A DNA stretch of 63,001 bases, filler included, from Mustelus asterias (lineage: Eukaryota), in NCBI RefSeq assembly GCF_964213995.1. It is 4 parts of 4 records of this genome, joined end to end, with 100 filler letters (N's around TTAATTAATTAA, not from the genome) between each part and the next. Parts side by side here need not be neighbours in the genome. Positions count along the whole stretch, not along the records: positions 1 to 12,727 come from NC_135831.1; 3 more parts are not named here. The stretch is one strand, 5' to 3'. A program made the translations under genes and the position numbers. Numbering within the stretch: position 1 is the first letter of the stretch; every line of letters begins with the position of its first letter. Shown here piece by piece: positions 1-12,827 of the stretch. Under the pieces are notes generated by a model that worked only from the letters and a program-made list of their open reading frames with translations, was not told the DNA's origin and made no database searches.

Positions 1-1154
1 GATGGAGAGAGAGATGGAGAAAGAGAGAGATGGAGAGAAATAGAGAGACAGAGATGGAGAGAGAGATGGAGAGAGAGATGGAGAGAGAGAGCAAGATGGG
101 GAGCGAGAGGGAGAGAGATAGNNNNNNNNNNNNNNNNNNNNNNNNNNNNNNNNNNNNNNNNNNNNNNNNNNNNNNNNNNNNNNNNNNNNNNNNNNNNNNN
201 NNNNNNNNNNNNNNNNNNNNNNNNNNNNNNNNNNNNNNNNNNNNNNNNNNNNNNNNNNNNNNNNNNNNNNNNNNNNNNNNNNNNNNNNNNNNNNNNNNNN
301 NNNNNNNNNNNNNNNNNNNNNNNNNNNNNNNNNNNNNNNNNNNNNNNNNNNNNNNNNNNNNNNNAATGAAAGAGGAGAGAGATAGAAAGAAAGAGAGAGA
401 TGGAGAGAGAGAGAGATGGAGAGAGATAGACAGAGCNNNNNNNNNNNNNNNNNNNNNNNNNNNNNNNNNNNNNNNNNNNNNNNNNNNNNNNNNNNNNNNN
501 NNNNNNNNNNNNNNNNNNNNNNNNNNNNNNNNNNNNNNNNNNNNNNNNNNNNNNNNNNNNNNNNNNNNNNNNNNNNNNNNNNNNNNNAGAGATGGAGACA
601 CAAGGAGAAACCTTGTCACCAGGCGAGGGGTTAGGACCGGGAATGCACTGTCCGAGAGTGCGGTGGAGGCAGATTCAATAGAATCTGATCAGCAATGGAA
701 GAATGTGCTGGGATACGGGGAGAAGGCTGGGGAAGGGGGGGGAGCATGGAACGCGGTGACTTCCCACAGAGTACTCGGATAGACACCATCGGCCAAACGG
801 CCTCCTTCTGCGCCGTACGAGTTCCGTGTTTGTACGAGGAGCCCAGATGCCCACGGGGCCAGTGGACACGAGATCGGTTGGCTGTGCGAGGCTCGGAGCG
901 GGTTAGGACGCAGGCTGGGGTGAGTTAAGAAGTCCGCTGCTCTGGCTTGGGGCAGCGGCGTGCCTTATCTGGGACAGGCAGGGAGCGGAGCAGAATGTTT
1001 GAACAATTCCTTATCTCACCGCTGTCACTCTGCATTTCCAAGAACAGGAAATGAATTGGTACTCTGAAAGTCCAATTCTGATAAAATGACAGGAAAGAGA
1101 TAACTTAATTCCTTCGTCAGACTGCGGTTAGCCTCAGTGTCAGGGCCATTATCT

Positions 1155-1745
1155 ACCCCCTGTCTACATCAACAAGGACGCAGTAGAAAGGGTCGAAAGC
1201 TTCAAGCTTTTAGGTGTCCAGATCACCAACAACCTGTCCTGGTCCCCCCATGCCGACACTATAGTTAAGAAAGCCCCACCAACGCCTCTACTTTCTCAGA
1301 AGACTAAGGAAATTTGGCATGTCAGCTACGACTCTCACCAACTTTTACAGATGCCCCATAGAAAGCATTCTTTCTGGTTGTATCACAGCTTGGTCTGGGC
1401 TCCTGCTCTGCCCAAGACCACAAGGAACGACAAAAGTTCTTGAATGTAGCCCAATACATCACGTAAACCCAGCCTCCCATCCATTGACTCTGTCTACACT
1501 TCCCGCTGCCTCGGGGAAAAGCAGCCAGCATAATTAGGGACCCCCACGGGCCCCGGACATTCTCTCTTCCACCTTCTTCCGTCAGGAAAAAGATACAAAA
1601 GTCTGAGGTCACGTACCAACCAAATCAAGAACAGCTTCTTCCCTGCTGCCGTCAGACTTTTGAATGGACCTACCTCGCATTAAGTTGATCTTTCTCTCCA
1701 CCCTAGCTATGACTGTAACACTACATTCTGCACACTCTCGTTTCA
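1155..1745 (+). mobile_element. Rex1/Babar-like LINE 3' fragment (degenerate RT C-terminus)
   Basis: Encodes ..VESFKLLGVQITNNLSW..KK..QRLYFLRRLRKFGMS..LTNFYRC.IESILSGCITAW, with frameshifts. Confidence 0.75.
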
Positions 1746-2037
1746 AGACAACCTCAGGCTAAAGGGACGATCCTTTAAAACAGAGATGAGGAGGAATTTC
1801 TTCAGCCAGAGGGTGGTGAATCTGTGGAACTCTTTGCCGCAGAAGGCTATGGAGGCCGGGTCATTGAGTGTCTTTGAGACAGAGATAGATAGGTTCTTGA
1901 TTAATAAGGGGATCAGGGGTTATGGGGAAAAGGGCAGGAGAATGGGGATGAGAAAAATATCAGCCGTGATTGAATGGCGGAGCAGACTCGATGGGCCGAG
2001 TGGCCTCATTCTGCTCCTATGTCTTATGGTCTTATGG
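1746..2037 (+). mobile_element. CR1 LINE 3' end fragment inserted in the Rex-like element
   Basis: RRNFFSQRVVNLWNSLP..EA.SL..F..EIDRFL followed by a (tcttatgg)n-like tail; the Rex 3'UTR resumes after it. Confidence 0.8.
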
Positions 2038-2657
2038 TTTCCTTCTCTATGAATGGTATGCTTTGTCTGTATAGTGTGCAAGAAACAATACTTTTCACTG
2101 TATCCCAATACATGTGACAATAATAAATCAAATCCTTCTCCCCTATGTACTCTATGAACGGTATGCTTTGTCTGTATAGCGCGCAAGAAACAATACTTTT
2201 CACTGTATCCCAATACATGTGACAATAATAAATCAAATCCTTCTCCCCTATGTACTCTATGAACGGTATGCTTTGTCTGAATAGCGCGCAAGAAACAATA
2301 CTTTTCACTGTATCCCAATACATGTGACAATAATAAATCAAATCCTTCTCCCCTATGTACTCTATGAACGGTATGCTTTGTCTGAATAGCGCGCAAGAAA
2401 CAATACTTTTCACTGTATCCCAATACATGTGACAATAATAAATCAAATCCTTCTCCCCTATGTACTCTATGAACGGTATGCTTTGTCTGAATAGCGCGCA
2501 AGAAACAATACTTTTCACTGTATCCCAATACATGTGACAATAATAAATCAAATCCTTCTCCCCTATGTACTCTATGAACGGTATGCTTTGTCTGTATAGC
2601 GCGCAAGAAACAATACTTTTCACTGTATCCCAATACATGTGACAATAATAAATCAAA
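2038..2657 (+). repeat. 105-bp tandem repeat (~6 copies) of a LINE 3' terminus
   Basis: 35-aa periodicity in the ORF track; the unit ends ..catgtgacaataataaatcaaatc. Confidence 0.9.
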
Positions 2658-3139
2658 TGAAAGTCCCTAGAGCAACTGCACTGGAAACCGATGATCCAAT
2701 CGTCTTCTCCCGGCTGTTTATGGGATCTTGCTGTGCAGACGTTGGCTACATGAGTGGCTGGGGGGTGGGGGGGGGGGGGGGTCACATATTGGCCAGGATA
2801 CCAGGCTGCGCTCCCCCTGTTCTTCTCCCTATGGGGTTCTCGAGCTGGACCGTCCACTTGGAGAGGCAGAGGGAGGTCGGGTTCTCTGACCTCGCTCAGG
2901 GCCGTGATCCCCCGGCCCGCTGCGGTGAGTGAAGGTGTGGCTGAGCGCCAAATGCTCCGTCCTCGCTGGCAGTGACGCGACGTGGACAGAATTCCGGCCC
3001 TCCAGGCTCCTCCGACAGTGCGGTACTCTCTCGGCACCGCACTCTTGTGTAGGAGATTCCAGGATCTGAGGACGTGGCCTCAGAGTGAAGGGATGATGCT
3101 TTAGAACCGAGATGAGGAGGAATTTCTTCAGCCAGAGGT

Positions 3140-4232
3140 TTAAAGTGTATTTATATATTGGTGTCACAAGTGCTAAACTGTCCCGCAGTGTAAGTTATTT
3201 ATCAGTGGCACAGTTACTGTGAAAATCCCCCAGTCGCCACACTCCAGCACCTGTTAAATTTTATTTATTAGTGTCACAAGTAGGCTTACATTAACACTGC
3301 AATGAAGTTACTGTGAAAACTCCCCAGTTGCCACACTCTGGCGCCTGTTCGGGTAACACTGAGGGAGAATTTAAGTTTAAATTTTATTTATTAGTGTCAC
3401 AAGTAGGCTTACATTAACACTGCAATGAAGTTACTGTGAAAATCCCCCAGTCGCCCCACACTCCGGCGCCTGTTCGGGTAACACTGAGGGAGAATTTAAG
3501 TTTAAAGTTTATTTACTGGTGTCACAAGTAGACTTACATTCACATTGCAATGAAGTTACTGTGAAAATTCCCTAATCGCCCCACACTCTGGCGTCTGTTA
3601 AAGTTTTTTTATGAGTGTCACAAACCGGCGTACATTAACACTGCAATGAAGTTACTGTGAAATTCCCCCTAGTCGCCGCACTCCTGTTCGGGTAACACTG
3701 AGGGAGAATTTAAGTTTAAATTTTATTTATTAGTGTCACAAGTAGGCTTACATTAACACTGCAATGAAGTTACTGTGAAAATCCCCCAGTCGCCCCACAC
3801 TCCGGCGCCTGTTCGGGTAACACTGAGGGAGAACTTAAGTTTAAAGTTTATTTACTGGTGTCACAAGTAGACTTACATTCACATTGCAATGAAGTTACTG
3901 TGAAAATTCCCTAATCGCCCCACACTCTGGCGTCTGTTAAAGTTTTTTTATGAGTGTCACAAACCGGCGTACATTAACACTGCAATGAAGTTACTGTGAA
4001 ATTCCCCCTAGTCGCCGCACTCCTGTTTGGGTAACACTGAGGGAGAATTTAGCCAATGCACCCTAACCAGCACGTCTTTCGGACTGTGGGAGGAAACCGG
4101 AGCACCCGGAGGAAACCCACGCAGACACGGGGGGGGAGAACGTGCAGACTCCACACAGACAGTGACCCCAAGCCGGGAATCGAACCCGGGTCCCTGGCGC
4201 CGTGAGGGAGCAGCGCTAACCCACTGTGCTGC
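3140..4232 (-). mobile_element. HE1/V-SINE-type tRNA-derived SINE with multiply duplicated 3' tail, nested within a CR1 fragment (3060-3139 and 4233-4462)
   Basis: tRNA-like A/B box head (GGTTCGATTCCC) at about 4175-4230; repeated tail blocks 'gtgtcacaagtaggcttacattaacactgcaatgaagttactgtgaaa'; the CR1 sequence resumes after the SINE. Confidence 0.8.
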
Positions 4233-4599
4233 TGGTCGGTGAGTCTGTGGAACTCTTTGCCGCAGAAGGCTGTGGAGGCCGGGTCATTGAGTGTCTTTAA
4301 GTTAAGACAGAGATAGATAGGTTCCTGATTGATAAGGAGATCAAGAGTTACAGAGAAAAGGCAGGAGAATGGGGTGAGAAAAATATCAACCATGATCGAA
4401 TAGTGGAGCAGACTCGATGGGCCGAATGGTCTCATTCTACTCCCACATCTTATGGTCTTATGAAATGATCAGCTTGGATTATACGTGTTGGGAGTGAGAC
4501 TAGAAACCAGAAGCATCTGACTCCACATTACCAAGAGGTCTACCCCATTAAGTTTCACGTTGAGGGATTCTCCCAGATCTGATGTGACCTGTTTATCGA

Positions 4600-5190
4600 C
4601 ACCACTGCTGCCTCACGGCGCCAGGGACCCGGGTTCGATTCCCGGCTTGGGTCACTGTCTGTGCGGAGTCTGCACATTCTCCCCGTGTCTGCGTGGGTTT
4701 CCTCCGGGTGCTCCGGTTTCCTCCCACAGTCCGAAGGACGTGCTGGTTAGGGTGCATCGGCCGTGCTAAATTCTCCCTCAGTGTTACCCAAACAGACGCC
4801 AGAGTGTGGGAACTAGGGGATTTTCACAGTAACTTCATTGCGGTGTTAATGTAAGCCGACTTGTGACACTAATAAATAAAGCTCTCAACATGATAATAAT
4901 CATAGGTCACTCATTATTGAAGAGTGGGAGCGGCACAGTGGGTTAGCGCTGCTGCCTCACAGCGCCAGGGACCCAGGTTCGATTCCCGGCTCGGGTCACT
5001 GTCTGTGCAGCGTTTGCACGTTCTCCCCATGTCTGCGTGGGTTTCCTCCGGGTTCCTCCCACTGTCTGAAAGACCTGCTGGTTAGGTGCATTGACCCGAA
5101 CAGGTGCCGGACTTGTGGCGACTTTCAAAGTAACTTCATTGCAGTGTTAATGTTAGCCTTACTTGTGACTAATAAGTAAACTTTACTTCA
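4600..5190 (+). mobile_element. Two tandem HE1/V-SINE-type elements
   Basis: gctgcctcac(g/a)gcgccagggaccc(g/a)ggttcgattcccggct..gggtcactgtctgtg..tctgcgtgggtttcctccggg core present twice. Confidence 0.85.
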
Positions 5191-5627
5191 CAAAAAAACT
5201 TTAGTGTGTTGTGAGGCAAGTTCTTACACATCAGACCAGATCACTAAAGTAAGTATGGTCCACAACTACAAAATGAAAACCACCAGGCTCCTTCGACAAC
5301 AGCTTGCAAACCTGCCACCTCTACCATCTGGAAGGACATGGGCAGCAGATACCTGGGAACACCACCGCCTGGAGGTTCCCCTTCAAGCCACTCTCTACAT
5401 TTTTTAATCTTAGTTCACGGGCTTGCTAGATTATTGACTGCCCATCCCTAATTGCCCCCTGAGAAGGTGGTGGGTGAGCTGCGTTCTTGATCCCACTGCA
5501 GTCCATGCGGAGTTGGTTCTCCGGAGTGCTGTTAGGGAGCGAGTTCCAGGATTTTGACCCGGCGACTGTGAAGGAACAGCTGATGTATTTCTAAGTCAGG
5601 ATGGTGAGTGGCTCAGAGGGGAACTTC

Positions 5628-7180
5628 CAGGTTCGATTCCCGGCTTGGGGTCACTGTCTGTGCGAATTCTGCACATTCTTCCCGTGTCTGCGTGGGTTTC
5701 CTCCGGGTGCTCCGGTTTCCTCCCACAGTCCCAAAGATGAGCAGGTTGGATCGATCATATTAAGTTGCCCCTTAGTGTCCAAAGATGTGTGGGTTAGGTG
5801 GATTGGCTATGCTAAACTGCCCCTGAGTGTCTAAAGATGTACAGGTTAGGTGGATTGGCCATGCTAAATTGCCCCTTAGTGTCTAAAGATGTGCTGGTTA
5901 GGTGGATTGGCCATGCTAAACTGCCCCTGAGTGTCTAAAGATGTACAGGTTAGGTGGATTGGCCATGCTAAATTGCCCCTTAGTGTCTAAAGATGTGCAT
6001 GTTGGGTGGATCGGCCATGCTAAATTGCCCCTTAGTGTCCAAACATGTACAGGTTAGGTGGATTGGCAATGCTAAATTGCCCCTTAGTGTCAAAGGATGT
6101 GCAGGTTAGGTGGATTGGCCATGCTAAATTGCCCCTTAGTGTCAAAGGATGTGCAGGTTAGGTGGATTGGCCATGCTAAATTGCCCTTAGTGTCCAAAGA
6201 TGTACAGGTTAGGTGGATTGGCAATGCTAAATTGCCCCTTAGTGTCAAAAGATGTGCTGGTTAGGTGGATTGGCCATGCTAAACTGCCCCTGAGTGTCTA
6301 AAGATTTACAGGTTAGGTGGATTGGCCATGCTAAACTGCCCCTGAGTGTCTAAAGATGTACAGGTTAGGTGGATTGGCCATGCTAAATTGCCCCTTAGTG
6401 TCCAAAGATGTACAGGTTAGGTGGATTGGCCATGCTAAATTGCCCCTTAGTGTCTAAAGATGTGCAGGTTAGGTGGATTGGCCATGCTAAATTGTCCCTT
6501 AGTGTCCAAAGATGTGCAGGTTAGGTGGATTGGCCATGCTAAATTGCCCTTAGTGTCCAAAGATGTGCAGGTTAGGTGGATTGGCAATGCTAAATTGCCC
6601 TTAGTGTCCAAAGATGTACAGGTTAGGTGGATTGGCCATGCTAAATTGCCCTTAGTGTCCAAAGATGTACAGGTTAGGTGGATTGGCCATGCTAAATTGT
6701 CCCTTAGTGTCCAAAGATGTACAGGTTAGGTGGATTGGCCATGCTAAATTGTCCCTTAGTGTCCAAAGATGTACAGGTTAGGTGGATTGGCCATGCTAAA
6801 TTGTCCCTTAGTGTCCAAAGATGTGCGGGTTAGGTGGATTAGCCATGCTAAATTGCCCCTTAGTGTCCAAAGATGTGCGGGTTAGGTGGATTAGCCATGT
6901 TAAACTGCCCCTGAGTGTCTAAAGATGTGCATGTTAGGTGGATCAGCTATGCAAAATTGCCCCTTCGTGTCCAAAGATGTGTAGGTTAGGTGGATTGGCC
7001 ATGCTAAATTGCCCCTTAGGGTCCAAAGATGTGCAGGTTAGGTGGATTGGCCATGCTAAATTGCCCCTTAATGTCGGGGGATTAGCAGGGTAAATACGTG
7101 GGGCTACGGGAAATGGCCTGGGTGGCATTGTTGAGGATGCAGGCTCAATGGACCTTCTGTAGGGTAGGAATTCTACCATT
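5628..7180 (+). mobile_element. SINE with an internal 51-52-bp tandem expansion (~26 copies, ~5732-7070)
   Basis: SINE head, then (aaagatgtgcaggttaggtggattggccatgctaaattgccccttagtgtcc)n, then the SINE 3' part. Confidence 0.88.
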
Positions 7181-7524
7181 CTGTCTCAAAGAGCTTCACA
7201 CGGATGTTGGACGCAAATCGACAAGCGAGAAAGGGGAAAGAACTGATCGGAGGAATCAGTAAAAGCAGGGTGCAGGATGTAGGATTTAAGGAGTGTCTCA
7301 AAGAGAGAGATCGTGGGACAGACAGGTTTAGTGAAGAAATCTCAGAGCTGAAGACACTGCGGCAAATGCAAGCCTGCCTTTCTTATAACACTCGGGTGAA
7401 CTGCGAGTGCTGGGGACCTAGGGAAGGGAGCTTCAGTCTGAATATAACTGGGACAGATTCTGGATTCCAAAACAAAACGCACCTGGAGGTTCCTTCAGCC
7501 CTTATCTCCCCCCGACATCAGAAC

Positions 7525-9720
7525 AAAGACATAGAACATAGAAAAACTACAGCACAAACAGGCCCTTCGGCCCCACAAGTTGTGCCGAACACATCCCCAC
7601 CTTTTAGACCTACCTATAACCCTCCATCCTATTAAGCTCCATGTACTCATCCAGGGGTCTCTTAAAAGACCCAATGGAGTTCGCCTCCACCACCACTGAC
7701 GGCAGCCGATTCCACTCGCCCACCACCCTCTGTGTGAAAAACTTCCCCCTAACATCTCCCCTGTACCTACCCCCCAGCACCTTAAACCTGTGTCCTCTCG
7801 TAGCAGACATTTCCACCCTGGGGAAAAGCCTCTGAGAGTCCACCCGATCTATGCCTCTCAACATCTTGTACACCTCTATTAGGTCTCCTCTCATCCTTCG
7901 TCTCCCCAAGGAGAAAAGACCGAGCTCCCTCAGCCTATCCTCATAAGGCATGCCACTCAATCCAGGCAACATCCTTGTAAATCTCCTCTGCACCCTTTCA
8001 ATCTTTTCCACATCCTTCCTGTAATGAGGCGACCAGAACTGAGCACAGTACTCCAAGTGGGGTCTGATGAGGGTCTTATATAGCTGCATCATTATCCCCG
8101 GACTCCTAAACTCAATCCCTCGATTGATAAAGGCCAGCACACCATACACCTTCTTAACCACCTCCTCCACCTGCAGGGCCGATTTCAGAGTCCTATGGAC
8201 CCGGACCCCAAGATCCTTCTGATCATCTACAGTACTAAGAGTCTTTCCCTTTATATTGTACTCCTTCATCCCATTTGACCTACCAAAATGGACCACGACG
8301 CATTTATCTGGGTTGAAGTCCATCTGCCACTTGTCCGCCCAGTCTTGCATCCTATCTATGTCCCTCTGTAACTTCTGACATCCCTCCAGACTATCCACAA
8401 CCCCACCAACCTTCGTGTCGTCGGCAAACTTACCAACCCATCCCTCCGCTTCCTCATCCAGGTCATTTATGAAAATGACAAACAGCAAGGGTCCCAGAAC
8501 AGATCCCTGGGGCACTCCACTGGTGACCGACCTCCATTTAGAAAAAGACCCATCTATACCCACTCTCTGCCTCCTTTGGGCAAGCCAGTTCTTGATCCAC
8601 AGGGCAGCAGCCCCTTGGATCCCATGCCCTCTCACTTTTTCTAGAAGCCTTGCATGGGGGACCTTATCGAACGCCTTGCTAAAATCCATATAAACCACAT
8701 CTACCGCCTTCCCTTCGTCAATGTGTTTAGTCACATTTTCAAAGAACTCCACCAGGCTCGTAAGGCACGATCTGCCCTTGACAAAGCCATGCTGAGTATT
8801 CTTGAGCATACTAAATCTCTCTAAATGCTCATATATCCTGTCCCTCAGGATCTTCTCCATTAGTTTACCAACCACTGAGGTTAGACTCACCGGTCGGTTA
8901 TTACCTCGGCTATCCCTATTCCCCTTCTTGAAAATAGGAACCACATCCGCAATCCTCCAATCCTCCGGCACCTCTCCCGTCTCCATCGACGACGCAACGA
9001 TCATCGCCAGAGGCTCTGCAATCTCTTCCCTCGCCTCCCACAGTAACCTGGGGTACATCCCATCCGGACCCAGCGACTTATCTATCTTGATGCCATTCAA
9101 AGATTCCAGCACAACCTCTTCCTTAAAGTCCACATACTCAATCCTTTCAGTCCACCGCACGCCCGCAGTACATCCACCCAGGCCCTTCTCCTCTGTGAAA
9201 ACCGAGGCAAAATACTCATTAAGCACCTCTGCCATTTCTACTGGTTCCATACAGACTTTCCGCGCTTCACCTTTTATAGGCCCTATTCTGTCACGTCTCA
9301 TCCTTTTACTCTTCACACATTTATAGAACGCCTTAGGGTTCTCCTTAATCCTACCTGCCAGGGCCTTCTCGTGACCCCTTCTGGCTCTCCTAATTTCCTT
9401 CTTTTGTCCCTTCCTACAAGCCGTATACTCCTCTAGATCCCTATCTTCGCCAAGCTCTCTGAACCTTTTGTACGCTTTCCTTTTCTTCGCGACTAGGTCC
9501 CGCACAGCTTTCGTGCACCACGGTTCCTTTAACCTACCAACTCCTCCCTGTCTGCTCGGAACGTTGTCCTGTAGAACCCTAGACAGACATTCCTCGAAAA
9601 ACTGCCACCTCTCTTCAGTACATTTCCCCGAGAATACCTCCTTCCAATTTACTCCTCTAATTTGCTGTCCAATGTCTTCATATTTCCCCTTGCTCCATAT
9701 AAACGCTTTCCTCGCTTGCC
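7525..9720 (-). mobile_element. 5'-truncated CR1 LINE with uninterrupted RT ORF
   Basis: ORF 7610-9763: RPVSLTS, QHGF, DFSKAFDKV, SGVPQGSVLGP, FADD, RPHLEY; (ctatgtt)n-type 3' tail. Confidence 0.95.
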
Positions 9721-10336
9721 TGATGGAGAGTAGAATGCAGGATAGGGGCGCATGCTTACCCATACTGTTCTCCAGAGGGGAGGCTCTCCCTTCTGATCTT
9801 CAGTCCACAAACGCGGCGTTGCTGGCACGGGAACGCGAGGGTCCTGGCTCCCGAGAAGGGTCCGGCGGCGAGACAAGCGAGGAATCACGACCTCCCTGGC
9901 TCTGGAGCAGCCCCGATGAATGCACGTCCTTCCACCCGGCGCCCAGCTTTATCTCTCACCCCGCACACTCTCTTCCTCCTGTTATCAGCGGGAAGTGAGT
10001 GAGAGAGTGAGAGAGAGAGAGAGACGCACGGGTTATCAAGTATCGCTCGCAAAGAAAAAGGCACAGCAGGCAATTATGCACAGTGATGGAAAGGTTTGCA
10101 TCGGGATGGCGTCTCCCACCACCTCAGGGACATCCCATAGAATCCACACAGTGCGGGAGGAGGCCATTCGGCCTGTCCTTTTTCTTCTGGATCGGTGCTG
10201 GGATCACAGCAATTCACAATATATATTAACGATGAGGGAACCCAAATCTTTAAATTTGCAGATGATACAAAGTTGAGCGGGAGGGTGAGCTGTGAGGAGG
10301 ATGCAGAGATGCTTCAGCGTGATTTGGACAAGCTGA

Positions 10337-12170
10337 GAGAACAAAGAACAATACAGCACAGGAACAGGCCCTTCGGCCCTCCAAGCCCGCGCCGCTCCCT
10401 GGCCCAAACTAGACCATTCTTTTGTATCCCTCCATTCCCACTCCGTTCATGTGGCTGTCTAGATAAGTCTTAAACGTTCCCAGTGTGTCCGCCTCCACCA
10501 CCTTGCCCGGCAGCGCATTCCAGGCCCCCACCACCCTCTGTGTAAAATATGCCCTTCTGATTTCTGTGTTAAACCTTCCCCCCACTTCACCTTGAACCTA
10601 TGACCCCTCGTGAACGTCACCACCGACCTGGGAAAAAGCTTCCCACCTTTCACCCTATCTATGCCTTTCATAATTTTATACACCTCTATTAAGTCTCCCC
10701 TCATCCTCCGTCTTTCCAGGGAGAACAACCCCAGTTTACCCAATCTCTCCTCATAACTAAGCCCCTCCATACCAGGCAACATCCTGGTAAACCTCCTCTG
10801 TACTCTCTCCAAAGCCTCCACATCCTTCTGGTAGTGAGGCGACCAGAACTGGGCGCAGTATTCCAAATGCGGCCGAACCAACGTTCTATACATCTTTAAG
10901 GCCCTAAGTTCGTCTGTCTTACCTGCTACGCTCCTTGCATTGAAGTATAAGCACTCCAGACCTCCAGGCCCAGTGAGGTCATCCTCCCCCAGAGTGCTCT
11001 TCTTCTTTGCCAGCCTTGTCCCAGCCCCAAGCTCGTCCCCAGTCTCTACACTTGTAGACCTAATATTTTGATCCCCACCCCCCTGCCATACTAGTTTAAA
11101 CCCCCCCGAACTGCACAAGCAAAACTCCCAGCCAGGATATTCGTGCCCTTCCAACTTAGTTGTGACCCATCCTCCTTGTACAGGTGCCATCCTCTCCTGA
11201 AAACTTCCCATTGATCTAGGAAAATGAAGCCCTCCCTCCTGGACCAGTCCTTTAGCCAAGCATTCAATTGTACTAACTCCCTATTCTTAGCCTCACTGGC
11301 ACGAGGCATTGGGAGCAGCCCAGAGATGGCCACCCTGGAGGCCCTACTTTTTAGTCTATTTCCCAACTCCCTGAATTGCTCTCGTAGGATCCCCCTGCTC
11401 TTCCTATCTACGTCATTTGCACCATCTTTCCACCATCATTATCTTCCCCTTTTAAGATGCCTCCTATCCGCTTGGAGACATCCATTACCCCAGCACCAGG
11501 TAGGCAGACTACCATCCTGGAGTCCCGTTCGCACCCACAGAATCGCCTGTCTGTGCCTCTAACCGACGCGTCCCCCACCACTATTGCTCTCCTAACCCCT
11601 CTCTTTCCTTTCCGGACCACAGAGCCTGACTCTGTGCCAGTGACCTGGTCACTGTGGCTTACCCCTGGAGAGTCATCCTCCTCCACACTATCCAAAACAA
11701 TATACCTGTTTTGGAGGGGGACAACCACAGGTGACCCCTCCACTAATTGCTCACTCCCCTCCCCTCTCACACCTGTCGCCGAGCCCTTCCTATTATGAGA
11801 GACAGCCACTGGAATACTCTCTGGTACGTTACCCTTCTGACCTTTACTCCTCCTAACTGTGACCCACGTGTCTTCCTCCCGATGCCCCGGTGTAACTAGT
11901 ACCCTATAACTCGTGTCAGTTATTCTCTCATTCTCCCTGACTAGACCAAGGTCAGCAATCTGCAGCTCCAGTTCCGTGACGCAGTCCCTCAGGAGCTGCA
12001 GTTCCACGCACCCAGCGCAAATATGAACCTCAGGGAGGCTAGGTGTTTCCAGGAACTCCCACATCTCACACCGGAAGCACCGAACTGGCCTATCATTCAT
12101 AGTTACCCTTTTCCTATATAGGTTTGGATAAAAATAACTTACCCTGCCTCGCCCTTTCTGCCTAAGCCCT
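10337..12170 (-). mobile_element. Internally deleted CR1 element retaining ORF1 (CxxC zinc finger, coiled coil, SGNH-esterase) and the ORF2 ends
   Basis: CFRCEMW..HICAGC..LELQI, VVGDAS, CLPGA; ORF2 start CLYFNARS fused directly to the C-terminal MYRTLVRPHLEY. Confidence 0.85.
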
Positions 12171-12174
12171 GTGT

Positions 12175-12727
12175 GTCGAGATAAGCCTTAAACGTTCCCA
12201 GTGTGTCCGCCTCCACCACCTTGCCCAGCAGCGCATTCCAGGCCCCCACCACCCTTCTGATATCCATGTTAAACCTCCCCCACCCCCCTCACCTTGAACC
12301 TATGACCCCTCGTGAACGTCACCACCGACCTGGGAAAAAGCTTCCCACCGTTCACCCTATCTGTGCCTTTCATAATTTTATACACCTCTATCAGGTCACC
12401 CCTCATCCTCCGTCTCTCCAGTGAGAACAACCCCAGTTTACCCAATCTCTCCTCATAACTAAGCCCTTCCATATCAGGCAACATCCTGGTAAACTTCCTC
12501 TGCACTCTCTCTAAAGCCTCCACGTCCTTCTGGTAGTGTGGCGACCAGAACTGGGCGCAGTATTCCAAATGCGGCCGAACCAACTGCAACATCAGACCCC
12601 AACTTTTATACTCTATGCCCCGTCCTATAAAGGCAAGCATGCCATATGCCTTATTCACTACCTTCTCCACCTGTGACGTCACCTTCAAGGATCTGTGGAC
12701 TTGCACACCCAGGTCCCTCTGCGTATC
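12175..12727 (-). mobile_element. CR1 LINE 3' fragment, cut by contig end
   Basis: ORF 12269-12706 RPHLEYCAQFWSP..RRRMRGDLIEVYKI. Confidence 0.9.
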
Positions 12728-12827
12728 NNNNNNNNNNNNNNNNNNNNNNNNNNNNNNNNNNNNNNNNNNNNTTAATTAATTAANNNNNNNNNNNNNNNNN
12801 NNNNNNNNNNNNNNNNNNNNNNNNNNN

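Noticed and set aside
2660-3050. CpG-rich unique stretch with overlapping ORFs
   Set aside because: No recognisable protein motif or convincing splice-site pair; cannot be supported as an exon.
4600-5000. tRNA-like A/B boxes as tRNA genes
   Set aside because: They are SINE heads continuing into the SINE core and tail.
12772-12783. Recurrent palindrome TTAATTAATTAA (also 26011 and 43111)
   Set aside because: Scaffolding linker between N runs; not biological.
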